A DNA stretch of 64,000 nt, from NCBI GenBank assembly GCA_041483895.1, contig JBGPGO010000006.1:1-64000 (forward strand), written 5' to 3'. Position numbers and translations under genes: made by a program. The stretch is from Fimbriimonadia bacterium (GTDB lineage: Bacteria; Armatimonadota; Fimbriimonadia; Fimbriimonadales; JABRVX01). This document shows, piece by piece, positions 9,802 to 19,327 of this stretch (its first letter is position 1; the number at the start of each line of letters is the position of its first letter). The notes under the pieces were generated by a model, which did no database searches, had not been told where the DNA came from, and saw nothing but the letters and a program-made list of their open reading frames with translations.

Positions 9802-9816
9802 CGACAAGGCTGAGAC

Positions 9817-10317
9817 TTACGCGATGATTTTGGGTTCGGATTCCGGACGAGGGCGATTCAGTTTCGTGGGATCGGGCGCGTTCTTTGCGGCCCAATTCCT
9901 CACGTAAACAAACCCGCCGAAACCTAAACAGGCAAACGCCAACAGACCAATCGTCGGCTTCCACAGCTTATTGCCGCGGGTTGCCTTCACGTCATCGTTC
10001 GCCACCTTCATGACCTGGGTCCCATCAATCCGCTTGGATGACGTGCCATCTTTCTTCAAGGCTCCCGCGATGGCCTTGGCGCCTCGACGTGAGTCGGGCA
10101 AAGCCTCGGTTTCAGCCTTTCGGTATTCGTCACCCCCGGATGCGGGTGTTCGGACCTGTGCCGCCGCAGCCTGTTGCGCTGCAAGCTCTTCATTGGTACA
10201 GGTTTCCTTCACCCCCGGTTCCTGACCAGAGGCGTGCCGCGGATCCTGGTGAAACGCCATCGCGGTCGCACCAAAACCAATGATTGCCGTCAAGATGGTA
10301 GCTCTAAGCCAGTTCAT
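9817..10317 (-). CDS. Hypothetical exported protein with C-terminal membrane anchor
   Basis: Signal peptide and one C-terminal transmembrane helix; last gene of the pilin cluster. Confidence 0.7.
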   Translation of the reverse strand: MNWLRATILTAIIGFGATAMAFHQDPRHASGQEPGVKETCTNEELAAQQAAAAQVRTPASGGDEYRKAETEALPDSRRGAKAIAGALKKDGTSSKRIDGTQVMKVANDDVKATRGNKLWKPTIGLLAFACLGFGGFVYVRNWAAKNAPDPTKLNRPRPESEPKIIA

Positions 10318-10336
10318 GTTCGTTGCACCTCGTCGA

Positions 10337-12130
10337 TCAATAGTTGAAGACCCCTTTGGTCTGCCAGGCGGCTCGTATGAGCGCAGGCGATCGGGGCAGA
10401 TTTAGGTCTATGAGCGGGTTGTTGCTCATGCCGCGCTCCCGAATTCGGTTGTCGTAGTTCATCCGCATCGGAAGGCTCCACAGCACCATCGCCTCGTCTT
10501 TGCAGATAATCGAACCATTGAACGTGGCGCCTCCGCCCGAAGTTGCAAGGTTCCCTCCACCAACGAAGTTGGTATAGAGGACGCAATCGAGGTTATTGAT
10601 GCCTTCAGAAACAGAGTTGACGTAGTTGTCGCCAAGTAGTGACTGATACTTCATGATCCCATAGCTGTCGACCGCGTAAGCGTCGAATGGAGGGATCCAG
10701 TTGCCGTAATCGTCGTACCGGCCCTTGGTAAATGGAGGCGACATGAAAGCGAGCGGATAGTATCCGAACTTCTTCGTGTTCCCCATGATAATGCTTCCGC
10801 GAGCGGCAAGGGCAATAATGTCCTTTTTCTCGTTGGCATTGTCTACAGTCTGCGGGTTGCTGCCACGAAAGTCCGGTGCGTTCTTATAGGTGATGCTCCC
10901 GACAATGTGGGTGTTGCGGCCGGTATATAGCGTTCCTTGGCCCTGAACATAGCCTTTGACGACCGCATCATTCGTAATCGTAATCGGACCATGGATCTTG
11001 ATCGGGTGATCGGACGTGCCGATAAGGGCGACCGAACCGTTGACGATACCGTTGGTAGTCACGCGGACATACTTGCTTTGGAGCGAATCCCACAGATCAA
11101 GCCATGCGCCCTGATTGTAATAGAGATTCATCGACCCGTCCGAGTACGTCTGCTTTTTGTCCAAGTATGACGAAGACAGAGTCTCATAGTAATTGATGTC
11201 GTTCAGGTCCGGCATGGCAACGTCTTTGGTCGGTGTCGTATCCAGGACCGTTCCATCAAATCGGCGGACCCCGTGGGCGTCGGAGATCCGCGCGCCGGAA
11301 AAGGTCCCGTTGGTCAAATTGGCCTCGTTATCATAGATCAGTTCCCGCCAATTCTCGTAAGTGTCCGAGCCTCTGGTACCATGCTTGGTCGCATCGTAGG
11401 CCTGCCGCATCCGGGAATTCGCCTGAGTCCCATAATATGTATTGGACCATTGCGTCGGATTGGCATTCACCACGCCGGAAGCAGCCGGAGAAAGCCGGTT
11501 GTTGGCTGCGGCGTAGATCGATCCGTTGATGGTCGGCAGGCCGCCGGAAAAGTCGAAATCTCCGTTTGCCCGCATATCTCCGTTGACATAGAGATCATTC
11601 TGTCCAAACCCGGTCATCCAGCCGTAATTGTTGACGAAATATGAATAATCGAACACGCCGGATCGATTGAGCGAAAACTGTTGGATCGCGTCAACCACTT
11701 TGCGCGGCTCGTCTTCATCAAGCTGCCCGTTCCCATTCTCGTCGACGAACCCGACAGCACGCAGAGTAAGGTACCGGTTATAAGTGTCCGGCGCCGAGTA
11801 TCCGACCACCGCCACCGTGTAGCTACCGACATCATCGAAATCACCACTCAAAACGGACTGAGGGTTGCTTTCTGATACGCCGGTATATGTCGCGTCCAGG
11901 TCGTCGAATTTCTGACCGACCTTGAACGGAATCCACAGCCCGACAAGCTCCGCCTGAAAACCCGCTTCACACAGGTTCTGCAGCCGAAGATCAAGCTCGC
12001 GATGGCGGGCAATTCTCATCGTAGTCGTAGTGGTATCGATGTAGCTGGTAACCGCGACGGTAACCAACGTCAGGAATATCAGTGTCGTTACCAGTGCGAC
12101 TCCCCTCTGATTGAACATCCTTCTTTTCAT
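10337..12130 (-). CDS. Large PilX/ComZ-like pilin-related protein with probable beta-solenoid
   Basis: Class III signal QRG-VALVT (no Glu5), AEAG-like CEAG, repeated G.I.I.G strands; GGAG before ATG 12130. Confidence 0.78.
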   Translation of the reverse strand: MKRRMFNQRGVALVTTLIFLTLVTVAVTSYIDTTTTTMRIARHRELDLRLQNLCEAGFQAELVGLWIPFKVGQKFDDLDATYTGVSESNPQSVLSGDFDDVGSYTVAVVGYSAPDTYNRYLTLRAVGFVDENGNGQLDEDEPRKVVDAIQQFSLNRSGVFDYSYFVNNYGWMTGFGQNDLYVNGDMRANGDFDFSGGLPTINGSIYAAANNRLSPAASGVVNANPTQWSNTYYGTQANSRMRQAYDATKHGTRGSDTYENWRELIYDNEANLTNGTFSGARISDAHGVRRFDGTVLDTTPTKDVAMPDLNDINYYETLSSSYLDKKQTYSDGSMNLYYNQGAWLDLWDSLQSKYVRVTTNGIVNGSVALIGTSDHPIKIHGPITITNDAVVKGYVQGQGTLYTGRNTHIVGSITYKNAPDFRGSNPQTVDNANEKKDIIALAARGSIIMGNTKKFGYYPLAFMSPPFTKGRYDDYGNWIPPFDAYAVDSYGIMKYQSLLGDNYVNSVSEGINNLDCVLYTNFVGGGNLATSGGGATFNGSIICKDEAMVLWSLPMRMNYDNRIRERGMSNNPLIDLNLPRSPALIRAAWQTKGVFNY

Positions 12131-12140
12131 CTCAATCTCC

Positions 12141-12728
12141 TCACTGCAGGGTCTCTGGAGCATTCCGAATGTACACAAGCTGCCGGTGCCGGGATCGGGT
12201 CATGTTTTCGGCGATTCTTGTCTGCCGTTCTGTGACTAGGTGGATGGTAACTGAGTGTGTGATGACCCCTTGCCCGGCGTCGAACACGCGATAGCTCTTG
12301 TCCGATCCGGGGATCGTGGGATCGGTGCTCGCAATGTGGCTTAGCAACACTCGGGTCTCTTCGCCCGACTGCTCATACAAGGCGCCATTGCTTACATAAA
12401 AGCTGCGCGATGAGGCCTCTTTTGCCAGGGGTGTCTTATAGTCGCCGGTATCATCCTTATCGGGCAAATAATAGGTCAGTGTATTGCCATCAGTCGACAC
12501 AGTGGCGATGTAAGCCTCTTGGATTTGCGATGCGATGTATCGGACGGCATAGGCGGCCTCGTTCTCAGCATCGACGCGAGTCGTGTTTTTGGCCCACGAT
12601 TGAAGCGTACTGCCCATAACCGAGACACCGGCAAGCAAAACGAGGGTGAGAATTAGCGATGCGACCACGGTTTCGGCCGCCGTAATTCCTCGTCGAAATC
12701 TATTATATCTATGATTTAGCATGCTCAC
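12141..12728 (-). CDS. Minor pilin, PilW-like
   Basis: Prepilin motif RRG-ITAAE followed by a hydrophobic helix. Confidence 0.8.
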   Translation of the reverse strand: MSMLNHRYNRFRRGITAAETVVASLILTLVLLAGVSVMGSTLQSWAKNTTRVDAENEAAYAVRYIASQIQEAYIATVSTDGNTLTYYLPDKDDTGDYKTPLAKEASSRSFYVSNGALYEQSGEETRVLLSHIASTDPTIPGSDKSYRVFDAGQGVITHSVTIHLVTERQTRIAENMTRSRHRQLVYIRNAPETLQ

Positions 12729-12761
12729 CTTCCCGTGGCACCTGACTATTAACAGGCGTCG

Positions 12762-13205
12762 CTACAAATTCCCTATGATAGAACCCATCTTGATTTCTTG
12801 AGTCTTTCCGTTTTCAGTCCAGCGCAAAGTAACGATGATCGACTTGGTATCTAGACCAAGCTGTACGATCTGCAGGTAGCCTTCCCCGCTGGGCAAAACG
12901 GTTCCAACCGCATCTCCACTTGCACTCTGGACATTGGAAAAAGGATAGCCGTCAACTGCCATCTCCGTAGAATCCAGCAATCCGGAGGCCAGGAGCGTGG
13001 GGGCATCAATGTTTGGATAGCCAACCGCTCGAAGACTGTCCAGTTCGCGTTGGGCAAGTTCCGCGGCCTTCGTCTTCATATCCGCCTTATGCCGGGACTT
13101 GTGCCCGATGGGAAGAGCGGCGGACATGATAAAGGCCGCAATCGTCACAACGAACATCGCGAACAAAGTCTCCGTCAGTGTAAAGCCATGCCGATGTCGA
13201 TACAT
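12762..13205 (-). CDS. Minor pilin, PilV-like
   Basis: Prepilin motif HG-FTLTE; A.ELAQRELDSLR helix; C-terminal IVTLRW. Confidence 0.85.
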   Translation of the reverse strand: MYRHRHGFTLTETLFAMFVVTIAAFIMSAALPIGHKSRHKADMKTKAAELAQRELDSLRAVGYPNIDAPTLLASGLLDSTEMAVDGYPFSNVQSASGDAVGTVLPSGEGYLQIVQLGLDTKSIIVTLRWTENGKTQEIKMGSIIGNL

Positions 13206-13218
13206 CCGGGTTCACCTC

Positions 13219-13551
13219 TCAGAGCGAATGGGCGCCACCCAGGCTACATGCCGGGTTGGTCCCCACCGGGTTAACGGTGTATAGTCCGCCCGATGGGCAG
13301 GACGGTGTTGCACGAACGAACGTAGGGGAAATGTCCGCCATCGTGCATGCATCCCCGTTACTCTTGTTGTTTGCCATAGCCCACTCTTCTTTGGCCATGT
13401 CGATCTTTGCGAGGTTTCGAATGCAGACGGTTGTGGTGCTGCGTGTTCTGCTGTTTATGTAGCTTGGCACAGCAACGGCGAGCAAAATTCCTATGATGAG
13501 GACGACAACCATCACCTCAATCAAAGAAAATCCAGTTCTCAGGCGGTTCAT
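13219..13551 (-). CDS. Type IV pilin
   Basis: TG-FSLIEVMVVVLIIGILLAVAVP; CPSGG.Y...C motif. Confidence 0.93.
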   Translation of the reverse strand: MNRLRTGFSLIEVMVVVLIIGILLAVAVPSYINSRTRSTTTVCIRNLAKIDMAKEEWAMANNKSNGDACTMADISPTFVRATPSCPSGGLYTVNPVGTNPACSLGGAHSL

Positions 13552-13582
13552 TGTTGCCTCTCGATACTTAGCCTAAATAGGT

Positions 13583-13611
13583 GGATGGCAGTGGGCAACC
13601 CACTGCCATCC
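13583..13611 (-). terminator. Stem-loop between the two pilin genes (attenuator or mRNA-stabilising hairpin)
   Basis: Perfect 13-bp inverted repeat ggatggcagtggg/cccactgccatcc with only a weak U tract. Confidence 0.65.
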
Positions 13612-13630
13612 GAGACTTCATCAAGTTGCC

Positions 13631-13978
13631 TTACAGCGTGTGGGTACCACCAACGGAGCAGGTCGGATCCGTGCCAACCGCATTGTAGGTGTACGTTCCA
13701 CCCGACGGACAAATCGGACGACCCTTCTTTAGGAAGGTTTCAACTTCGGCGTCGACAACGGCGTCGCCGTTGTTAGCATTGTTGTCCATCGCCCACTGCT
13801 CTTTGGCAGCGTCGATCTGCTTCAGGTTGGCAACACAGGCCTTTGTACGAGACGTTTCGCGGGCGTTCATAAAGTTCGGGACCGCGATGGCGAGCAATAC
13901 GCCAATAATCAGAACGACAATCATGATCTCAATAAGGGTGAAACCCTTAGTCTTTCGGTTCTTAAGCAATCGTATCAT
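13631..13978 (-). CDS. Type IV pilin, probable major pilin
   Basis: KG-FTLIEIMIVVLIIGVLLAIAVP; CPSGGTY...C; GGAGG ribosome-binding site; first gene of the cluster. Confidence 0.93.
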   Translation of the reverse strand: MIRLLKNRKTKGFTLIEIMIVVLIIGVLLAIAVPNFMNARETSRTKACVANLKQIDAAKEQWAMDNNANNGDAVVDAEVETFLKKGRPICPSGGTYTYNAVGTDPTCSVGGTHTL

Positions 13979-14165
13979 GGACGCGTCCTTCCTCCATCGG
14001 TTTGATCTTGCAGGACTGTAACGAAGGGCGGCGTTGGTGTTACAGTCGTCGCTGAGCCTCTTATGCCACCGCCGCGGCACAGGCCGTAACGCACGTTTGC
14101 GGGCTTTTGAAGCGAAGATTGCAATACAGGAGGATCACACCAGGACGTAGAATCGCCGCCTCAGA

Positions 14166-15329
14166 ATGATTTCCCCAGAATTTTTAGCGGACCAATTCAC
14201 CAAGCGACATGGGCAAAAGCCGGCAGTTTGGGCGATCGCGCCGGGACGCGTGAATCTGATCGGCGAGCATATCGACTACAACGATGGCTACGTGCTGCCC
14301 GCCGCCATCGATCGATCTATCGGCCTGGCGGCAAACCCCCGAAATGGGTCGATCTGCCGGTTCTTTTCCAACGAATTCGAGTCGGAAGAAGACTTCGACT
14401 TGGCCCAGCTAGAACCTGGCGCCGTCGAAGGCTTTGCCCGCTATCCCGCCGGAATGGCGTGGGCGCTCGGCTCGGAACGGCTGACCGCCTTTGACGCGGA
14501 CATCCACTCTGACCTGCCCACCGCATCCGGGGTCAGCTCGTCCGCGGCATTCGAGGTCGCCGCCGGCACGCTATGGAACCACGCGAATTCCCTGGGCTTC
14601 TCGCCCATTGATATCGCCAAAGCGGCCCAAAAGGCGGAAAACCAGTTCGTCGGCCTCAAGTGCGGCATCATGGACATGATGGCCTCCGCCGCGGGTAAAG
14701 CCGGATGCTGTCTGTTGATCGATACCCGCAATCTGACGATCAAGGCGGTCAAGCTGCCGCCCGACCTGATGATCGTGGTCTGCGACACGCGCAAACCCCG
14801 CGGCCTCACCGAATCCGCCTATAACGAACGGTGGTCGCAATGCCGCCAGGCGGCCGAGGAACTCGGGGTCCCCAGCCTTCGGGACGCCACCGAGCAGATG
14901 CTCAACGAGGCCAGACCCCGAATGGACCCCGTCGTTTGGCGAAGGGCGTCCCATGTGATTTCGGAGAACGCCCGCACCCTGGCCATGGTGCAGGCGCTCG
15001 AAACCTCGGACCGGGTCGGGATAGGCAGGCTGATGGCCGAATCCCACGCCTCCCTCCGCAACGATTACGAGGTGAGTTGCTTCGAATTGGACGAGATGGT
15101 GGCCTCCGCGAAGATCGCCACCGGATGCGCGGGAGTCCGAATGACCGGGGCGGGTTTTGGGGGCTGTTGCGTCGCCCTGGTAGAAAGACAGGAGATTAAT
15201 GAGTTCCTGAACGAAACCCAGGCGGAATTCCGACGTAGAACCGGGTATGAACCGATCCTGATCGTCTCGGAGGCGGCGGGCGGCGCGCGGGCAGGCAGTT
15301 ATTCCGATTTTGTACTCCCTGCCACCTAA
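14166..15329 (+). CDS. galK: Galactokinase
   Basis: APGRVNLIGEHIDYNDG, SGVSSSAA, CGIMD, RMTGAGFGGC. Confidence 0.95.
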   Translation: MISPEFLADQFTKRHGQKPAVWAIAPGRVNLIGEHIDYNDGYVLPAAIDRSIGLAANPRNGSICRFFSNEFESEEDFDLAQLEPGAVEGFARYPAGMAWALGSERLTAFDADIHSDLPTASGVSSSAAFEVAAGTLWNHANSLGFSPIDIAKAAQKAENQFVGLKCGIMDMMASAAGKAGCCLLIDTRNLTIKAVKLPPDLMIVVCDTRKPRGLTESAYNERWSQCRQAAEELGVPSLRDATEQMLNEARPRMDPVVWRRASHVISENARTLAMVQALETSDRVGIGRLMAESHASLRNDYEVSCFELDEMVASAKIATGCAGVRMTGAGFGGCCVALVERQEINEFLNETQAEFRRRTGYEPILIVSEAAGGARAGSYSDFVLPAT

Positions 15330-15668
15330 AGGATCGAAGGGAAAACGGCGATGATAGGTAGAGAGAGTTGTGGCAATCGACCGAGCCGGAACATAACAAT
15401 TGGGTCACCGGCTGCAATATTGGGTGCCTTTTGCCTAAACTCGTGAGCGATCGAGCAGTTTTGGATGAATATTGTCGGACTTTAGTCACATTTCAAGCGA
15501 ATTTTCGGGACAATGGAACTTCGAAGCCCAGGGGAAAGTCTGACAATTAACCTGTTAGAAGTGCGGGATGGTAAAGAGCGACCCCGCAATGCCATCTCAA
15601 AACTCTGCGGGGTTGTGGAACGAGAACGCAGGGCGGCGTTACTCCAACGCTAGAGCGAGGGGTGGTCT

Positions 15669-15944
15669 ATGGCAATGCCCACTACAAATAGAAGTGAACA
15701 ATCGCAGCGGCCGGTTCGCCTTACCAAGCGAGAGATCGAAGTCCTGAGCCTTATCGCCCAGGGGATGTCAAGCAAGGAAGTAGCGGACACGCTGTTCGTA
15801 AGCAAGCGGACGGTGGATTTCCACCTGGCGAATATCTACGATAAACTCCAGGTGAACAACCGGGTTCAGGCTTTTCGAATGGCAACTCGACTGGGTCTCA
15901 TTCCTTTTGAGCCGCAGTTCAGCCAGGCCGGCGGCGAATCGTAA
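15669..15944 (+). CDS. Stand-alone LuxR/GerE-type helix-turn-helix regulator
   Basis: LTKREIEVLSLIAQGMSSKEVA..L.VS.RTV..HL.NIY.KL; no receiver domain. Confidence 0.93.
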   Translation: MAMPTTNRSEQSQRPVRLTKREIEVLSLIAQGMSSKEVADTLFVSKRTVDFHLANIYDKLQVNNRVQAFRMATRLGLIPFEPQFSQAGGES

Positions 15945-15967
15945 GAATCTTATCCTAACTTGGATAG

Positions 15968-16000
15968 AGGCCTCGGACGAATGTCCGAGGCCTTTCTCTT
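15968..16000 (+). terminator. Intrinsic terminator after the LuxR gene
   Basis: 11-bp stem aggcctcggac/gtccgaggcct followed by ttctctt. Confidence 0.8.
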
Positions 16001-16015
16001 ACAGAGATTCAACAA

Positions 16016-16501
16016 GACGCGGCGATCCTACGGCTGTTCTGGGAGCTGGCGCTTCGAAGGCAAGAGATCTGCAATCTGACGAAGTGCGACTTCGATCCGG
16101 AAGGCAAGACCTTGGCTGTTCGTGGCAAGGGCAAGGGGACGCAGAAGGTGCTGATGACGCTGAGCGATAAGGCAATCGAAGCGATCGGCGACTATCTGGC
16201 CAGCCGGAACGACGATCAACCTGAACTGTTTCTTTCCTGCGCCGGCCAGCCGTCGGGCATCACCGGTGTCGGGCTCGCCTTCATGGTCAAGCACTATGCG
16301 AGGAAGGCGGGGATCCAGAACTTCGGCCCGCACAAGTGGCGGCATACCAGCATCACCGCCTATCTGCACGCCACCAACGGCGACGTGCGCGGCGCACAGA
16401 AGCTCAGCCGCCATTCCAAGCTGGAGACGCTGATGATCTACGACGACGCCAGGGAAGACCTTCAGGGCCGCGCGACTAGGTTGCTGTCGGAGTTAGCATA
16501 G
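16016..16501 (+). pseudogene. 5'-truncated tyrosine recombinase/integrase (catalytic domain only)
   Basis: Reading upstream of the listed ORF in frame gives DAAILRLFWELALRRQE, then RGKG, PHKWRH, SRH and MIYDD. No start codon or N-terminal domain is present. Confidence 0.85.
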
Positions 16502-16535
16502 AGAACTGAGGGTCCTGGCTCTGGTACGATTGGCC

Positions 16536-16961
16536 ATGGACGATACTTTCATTCGCTTTTGGCTTGACCTACCCGACGAACTCGTGCTTCTGATCTGTCC
16601 AAGAACCTGCGGTCCGATTCGATTCATGTATGACGCGCGGCAGGACATTGTCAATATGACCTACGAAACTGGGCAGTCGAAGTTGGTCGTGGAAGAGAGC
16701 GGCAAGCCAGGGTTTCACTATTCCAACACTCCGATCAAAACTTACTCGGAGCCAACCACGAGTTATCCGGTCGCGATGACGTACGCCACAACCGAACCAG
16801 GCCATCCGCACTCGATTTCACCGGGTCTAAATCCTTGGGCGTACGAGCGCGAGATACCGGGTCCCATGAAATCGATGGACTCAGTAATGATGCCCTTCCC
16901 GCCGCCGTACGATACGACAGGACGCCCCATCCGGCCATTCGACGCCGATCAAGGCGCCTAG
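16536..16961 (+). CDS. Hypothetical protein
   Basis: Only plausible ORF after the integrase remnant; no recognised motif. Confidence 0.45.
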   Translation: MDDTFIRFWLDLPDELVLLICPRTCGPIRFMYDARQDIVNMTYETGQSKLVVEESGKPGFHYSNTPIKTYSEPTTSYPVAMTYATTEPGHPHSISPGLNPWAYEREIPGPMKSMDSVMMPFPPPYDTTGRPIRPFDADQGA

Positions 16962-17064
16962 TCAGACCTATCGAAAATCGCCATTATCGATAGTGCAAGA
17001 GACCTTTGATTGCCAATCCCATCTCCGAATGCAGTCTGTGTGTAAGTGCCGGCGGAAAAGAGTA

Positions 17065-17181
17065 CCGCTTCGTGATGCTCCTGGAAGAGTTCACCTCAAA
17101 CAGCAACTCATCGCCCTCCCATACGAGATATTTCGTGACCGCGCCTCCACCAGCGCCGTAAATCTCCTTCGACGGCCAGCC
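17065..17181 (-). pseudogene. 39-codon RHS core fragment
   Basis: 34/39 amino acids identical to the RHS segment at 19147-19263. Confidence 0.85.
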
Positions 17182-17431
17182 CAGGTTAGTGTGGTCAGAG
17201 ACCGGACGAGTTGCTGCCCCTATGTGGGGACGTGGCTGTCCAAAAAGGCCCCGGAAAACGCGTCCGCGAAAATCCTTCGCGTCAGGATGCCCGGAGAGGC
17301 TTGTCCGCCAAACTCTTGGACATCCCACTACCCCCAGATTTGGCGACTCTTGATGAAAGCCGGACTTTTTGGACAGTCACGGGGCGTCCTAGAGGATCGG
17401 GGCATCGGGGTCGATTTTGTTCACCGGAATA

Positions 17432-18205
17432 TCACATCGCTTTTTGTTCCACCATGTCGTCGTGAGTACCAAAACTTCTATCCGGCCCAGCGCTTATCAA
17501 GCGATGCTTTTCTACATCGAAGCGAATTCGAGTTCCCCATTCGTCAGGAACGGGCTGACCCAGGATCCGAGATATAGACTGTAAATATGATGCGTCGACA
17601 GTCCTTGGGAGTGGCAATTCCTTCTCCCAATCTGGCTTGTAATGCTCACGAAGCCACTGCTCAAGCAATTTGGTTTCCGATTTACGCCTTTCGGACGACA
17701 GTTCGTACGTAGCTCGATCGATGCCCATGTTGAAGATGTCCCGCACCCCAGCCTCCAACTCACGAAATGCCGCGTTCTGGACCTTTGCCGTCTGTGCCAA
17801 AAAGCCTAGTCGCTTCCTGGTAACCTCCCCCGGTCGCAACCTTGGATCGGAACCAGGTAGGGCCTGCCAACCAGGATACAACGTGTCGTAATCGGTGGCA
17901 ACTGAGCCACGGTGATCCACTGAGAGGTCGAATAGTTTGCGCTTGCCCAAAACTGGACCATTTCGAATTGGCCATAGAGATACCTTATCCAGTTGATCGT
18001 AAGTTTCTATCGCGAAGCCCGTCTTCAAAAATACATCATACGTAAAATACTCTGCGGCTGTTATCACACAGTAATTTAGATTCGTTTGGGTAGGGACTCG
18101 GGGATGTGCTGACTTTTGTCCGGATTTGCCACACCCATCCATGTAGAGAATACCTCCAATTGCCGCAGTCGACAAAACCATGATAACCACCATCTTCCGC
18201 TTCAC
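17432..18205 (-). CDS. Membrane-anchored hypothetical protein, candidate RHS immunity or partner
   Basis: GTG start overlaps the RHS TGA (GTGA); N-terminal transmembrane helix; C-terminal DEWG...ISAGPDRSFGTHDD. Confidence 0.7.
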   Translation of the reverse strand: MKRKMVVIMVLSTAAIGGILYMDGCGKSGQKSAHPRVPTQTNLNYCVITAAEYFTYDVFLKTGFAIETYDQLDKVSLWPIRNGPVLGKRKLFDLSVDHRGSVATDYDTLYPGWQALPGSDPRLRPGEVTRKRLGFLAQTAKVQNAAFRELEAGVRDIFNMGIDRATYELSSERRKSETKLLEQWLREHYKPDWEKELPLPRTVDASYLQSISRILGQPVPDEWGTRIRFDVEKHRLISAGPDRSFGTHDDMVEQKAM

Positions 18206-19326
18206 TTTTTTTTGCTCTCTGGCGGTTCTGGACCGTCGCCTACGACCTGATCTTCCAGTCGGCGATTCCTGTTCCAACCCTGTGATTTTGTTGTGCCAAA
18301 GAACGAATCGCCCTTTCCCTTCATCGCCTTTTTCCACGCCGTAGAGCATGTGTTGCAACCCGCAAGGATTACAAATCTCAATCTTTCCCTCATGCTCTCG
18401 GTTATATTTCCTGGCCTTATACGACGTTTCTGGTCGGGAGTTTTCGGATCCGTCGTGAGCAAGAGAGTCTTTTTGCTCGCGTGCCCCATAAAAACAAACC
18501 CTACGACGTTGCGTTCATTCAGACGCCGTATGGCACTGTCCTTGTTCTCGTTTTTATAAACGTCGACGCAATAGTCTCCACTATGCCGGCGAGCCCAATC
18601 CGTGACAAGCGCCTCTTGGGCACTGATGTTTACTCTTGTTTGGGCTTCGCTCCTTTTGGTTTGGCTTTGATCTGTATATCCCGTGAAATCCCCCATGATG
18701 ACGACGATATGTGGTTTTTTGCTGCTGCTGTCTCCAAACCTCATCCATAGATAGTAGCCATTACTGTCGAGGTAGACGATGGGATTGTCTGCTGCATAAG
18801 AGAACGAGTTGGGGTCACCGCCCAGGATCCCAAGGTGATCCCTTTCCAACCATCTCCTCAACTGCGGGGAGTAGTGCCGGGCGCCGACGTGGAGGACGTT
18901 GATAACCGTCGAGCCGGAGTAGAGTCTCCGGTAGCCATAGTCGCCGTTCCACTGGAAGGGGTTGTAGGACGAACCGCTGGACCAAATCGTGTTGCCGTAG
19001 GCGTCGTAGACGTAGCGGTCAGTGATCGACTTGCTCGTCGTCATCAGTCCGCGAACGTGCCCAAGTCCGTCCCGAAGGGCGATCTTTGTCACATGCGCGC
19101 CGTCACTGTCATAGTATCCTTGATATCCTCCGGCACCCCAAATGTTTCGACGAGTTATCGTGCCGGAAGAGTTCACCTCAAACAGCAATTCATCGCCTTC
19201 CCACACTAGATACTTCGTAACCGCGCCGCCGCCGGAGCCGTAGATCTCCTTCGAAGGTCGTCCATAGGCATCATACACGCACTGGTAGATCGTCGTGCCG
19301 GCCCGGTCAACTCGGTTCAACCGATT
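18202..19326 (-). pseudogene. 5'-truncated (orphan) RHS-repeat toxin with intact core end and 184-aa C-terminal tip
   Basis: YDAYG repeats, DGLGHVR, GARHYSP..RRW..RD, YAADNP..LDSNG; homology stops at the REP/RAYT boundary. Confidence 0.88.
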
Positions 19327-19327
19327 T

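Noticed and set aside
13979..14165. c-di-GMP riboswitch or sigma-54 promoter for the pilin
   Set aside because: No GEMM consensus; the TGGCA candidate lacks the GG-N10-GC spacing.
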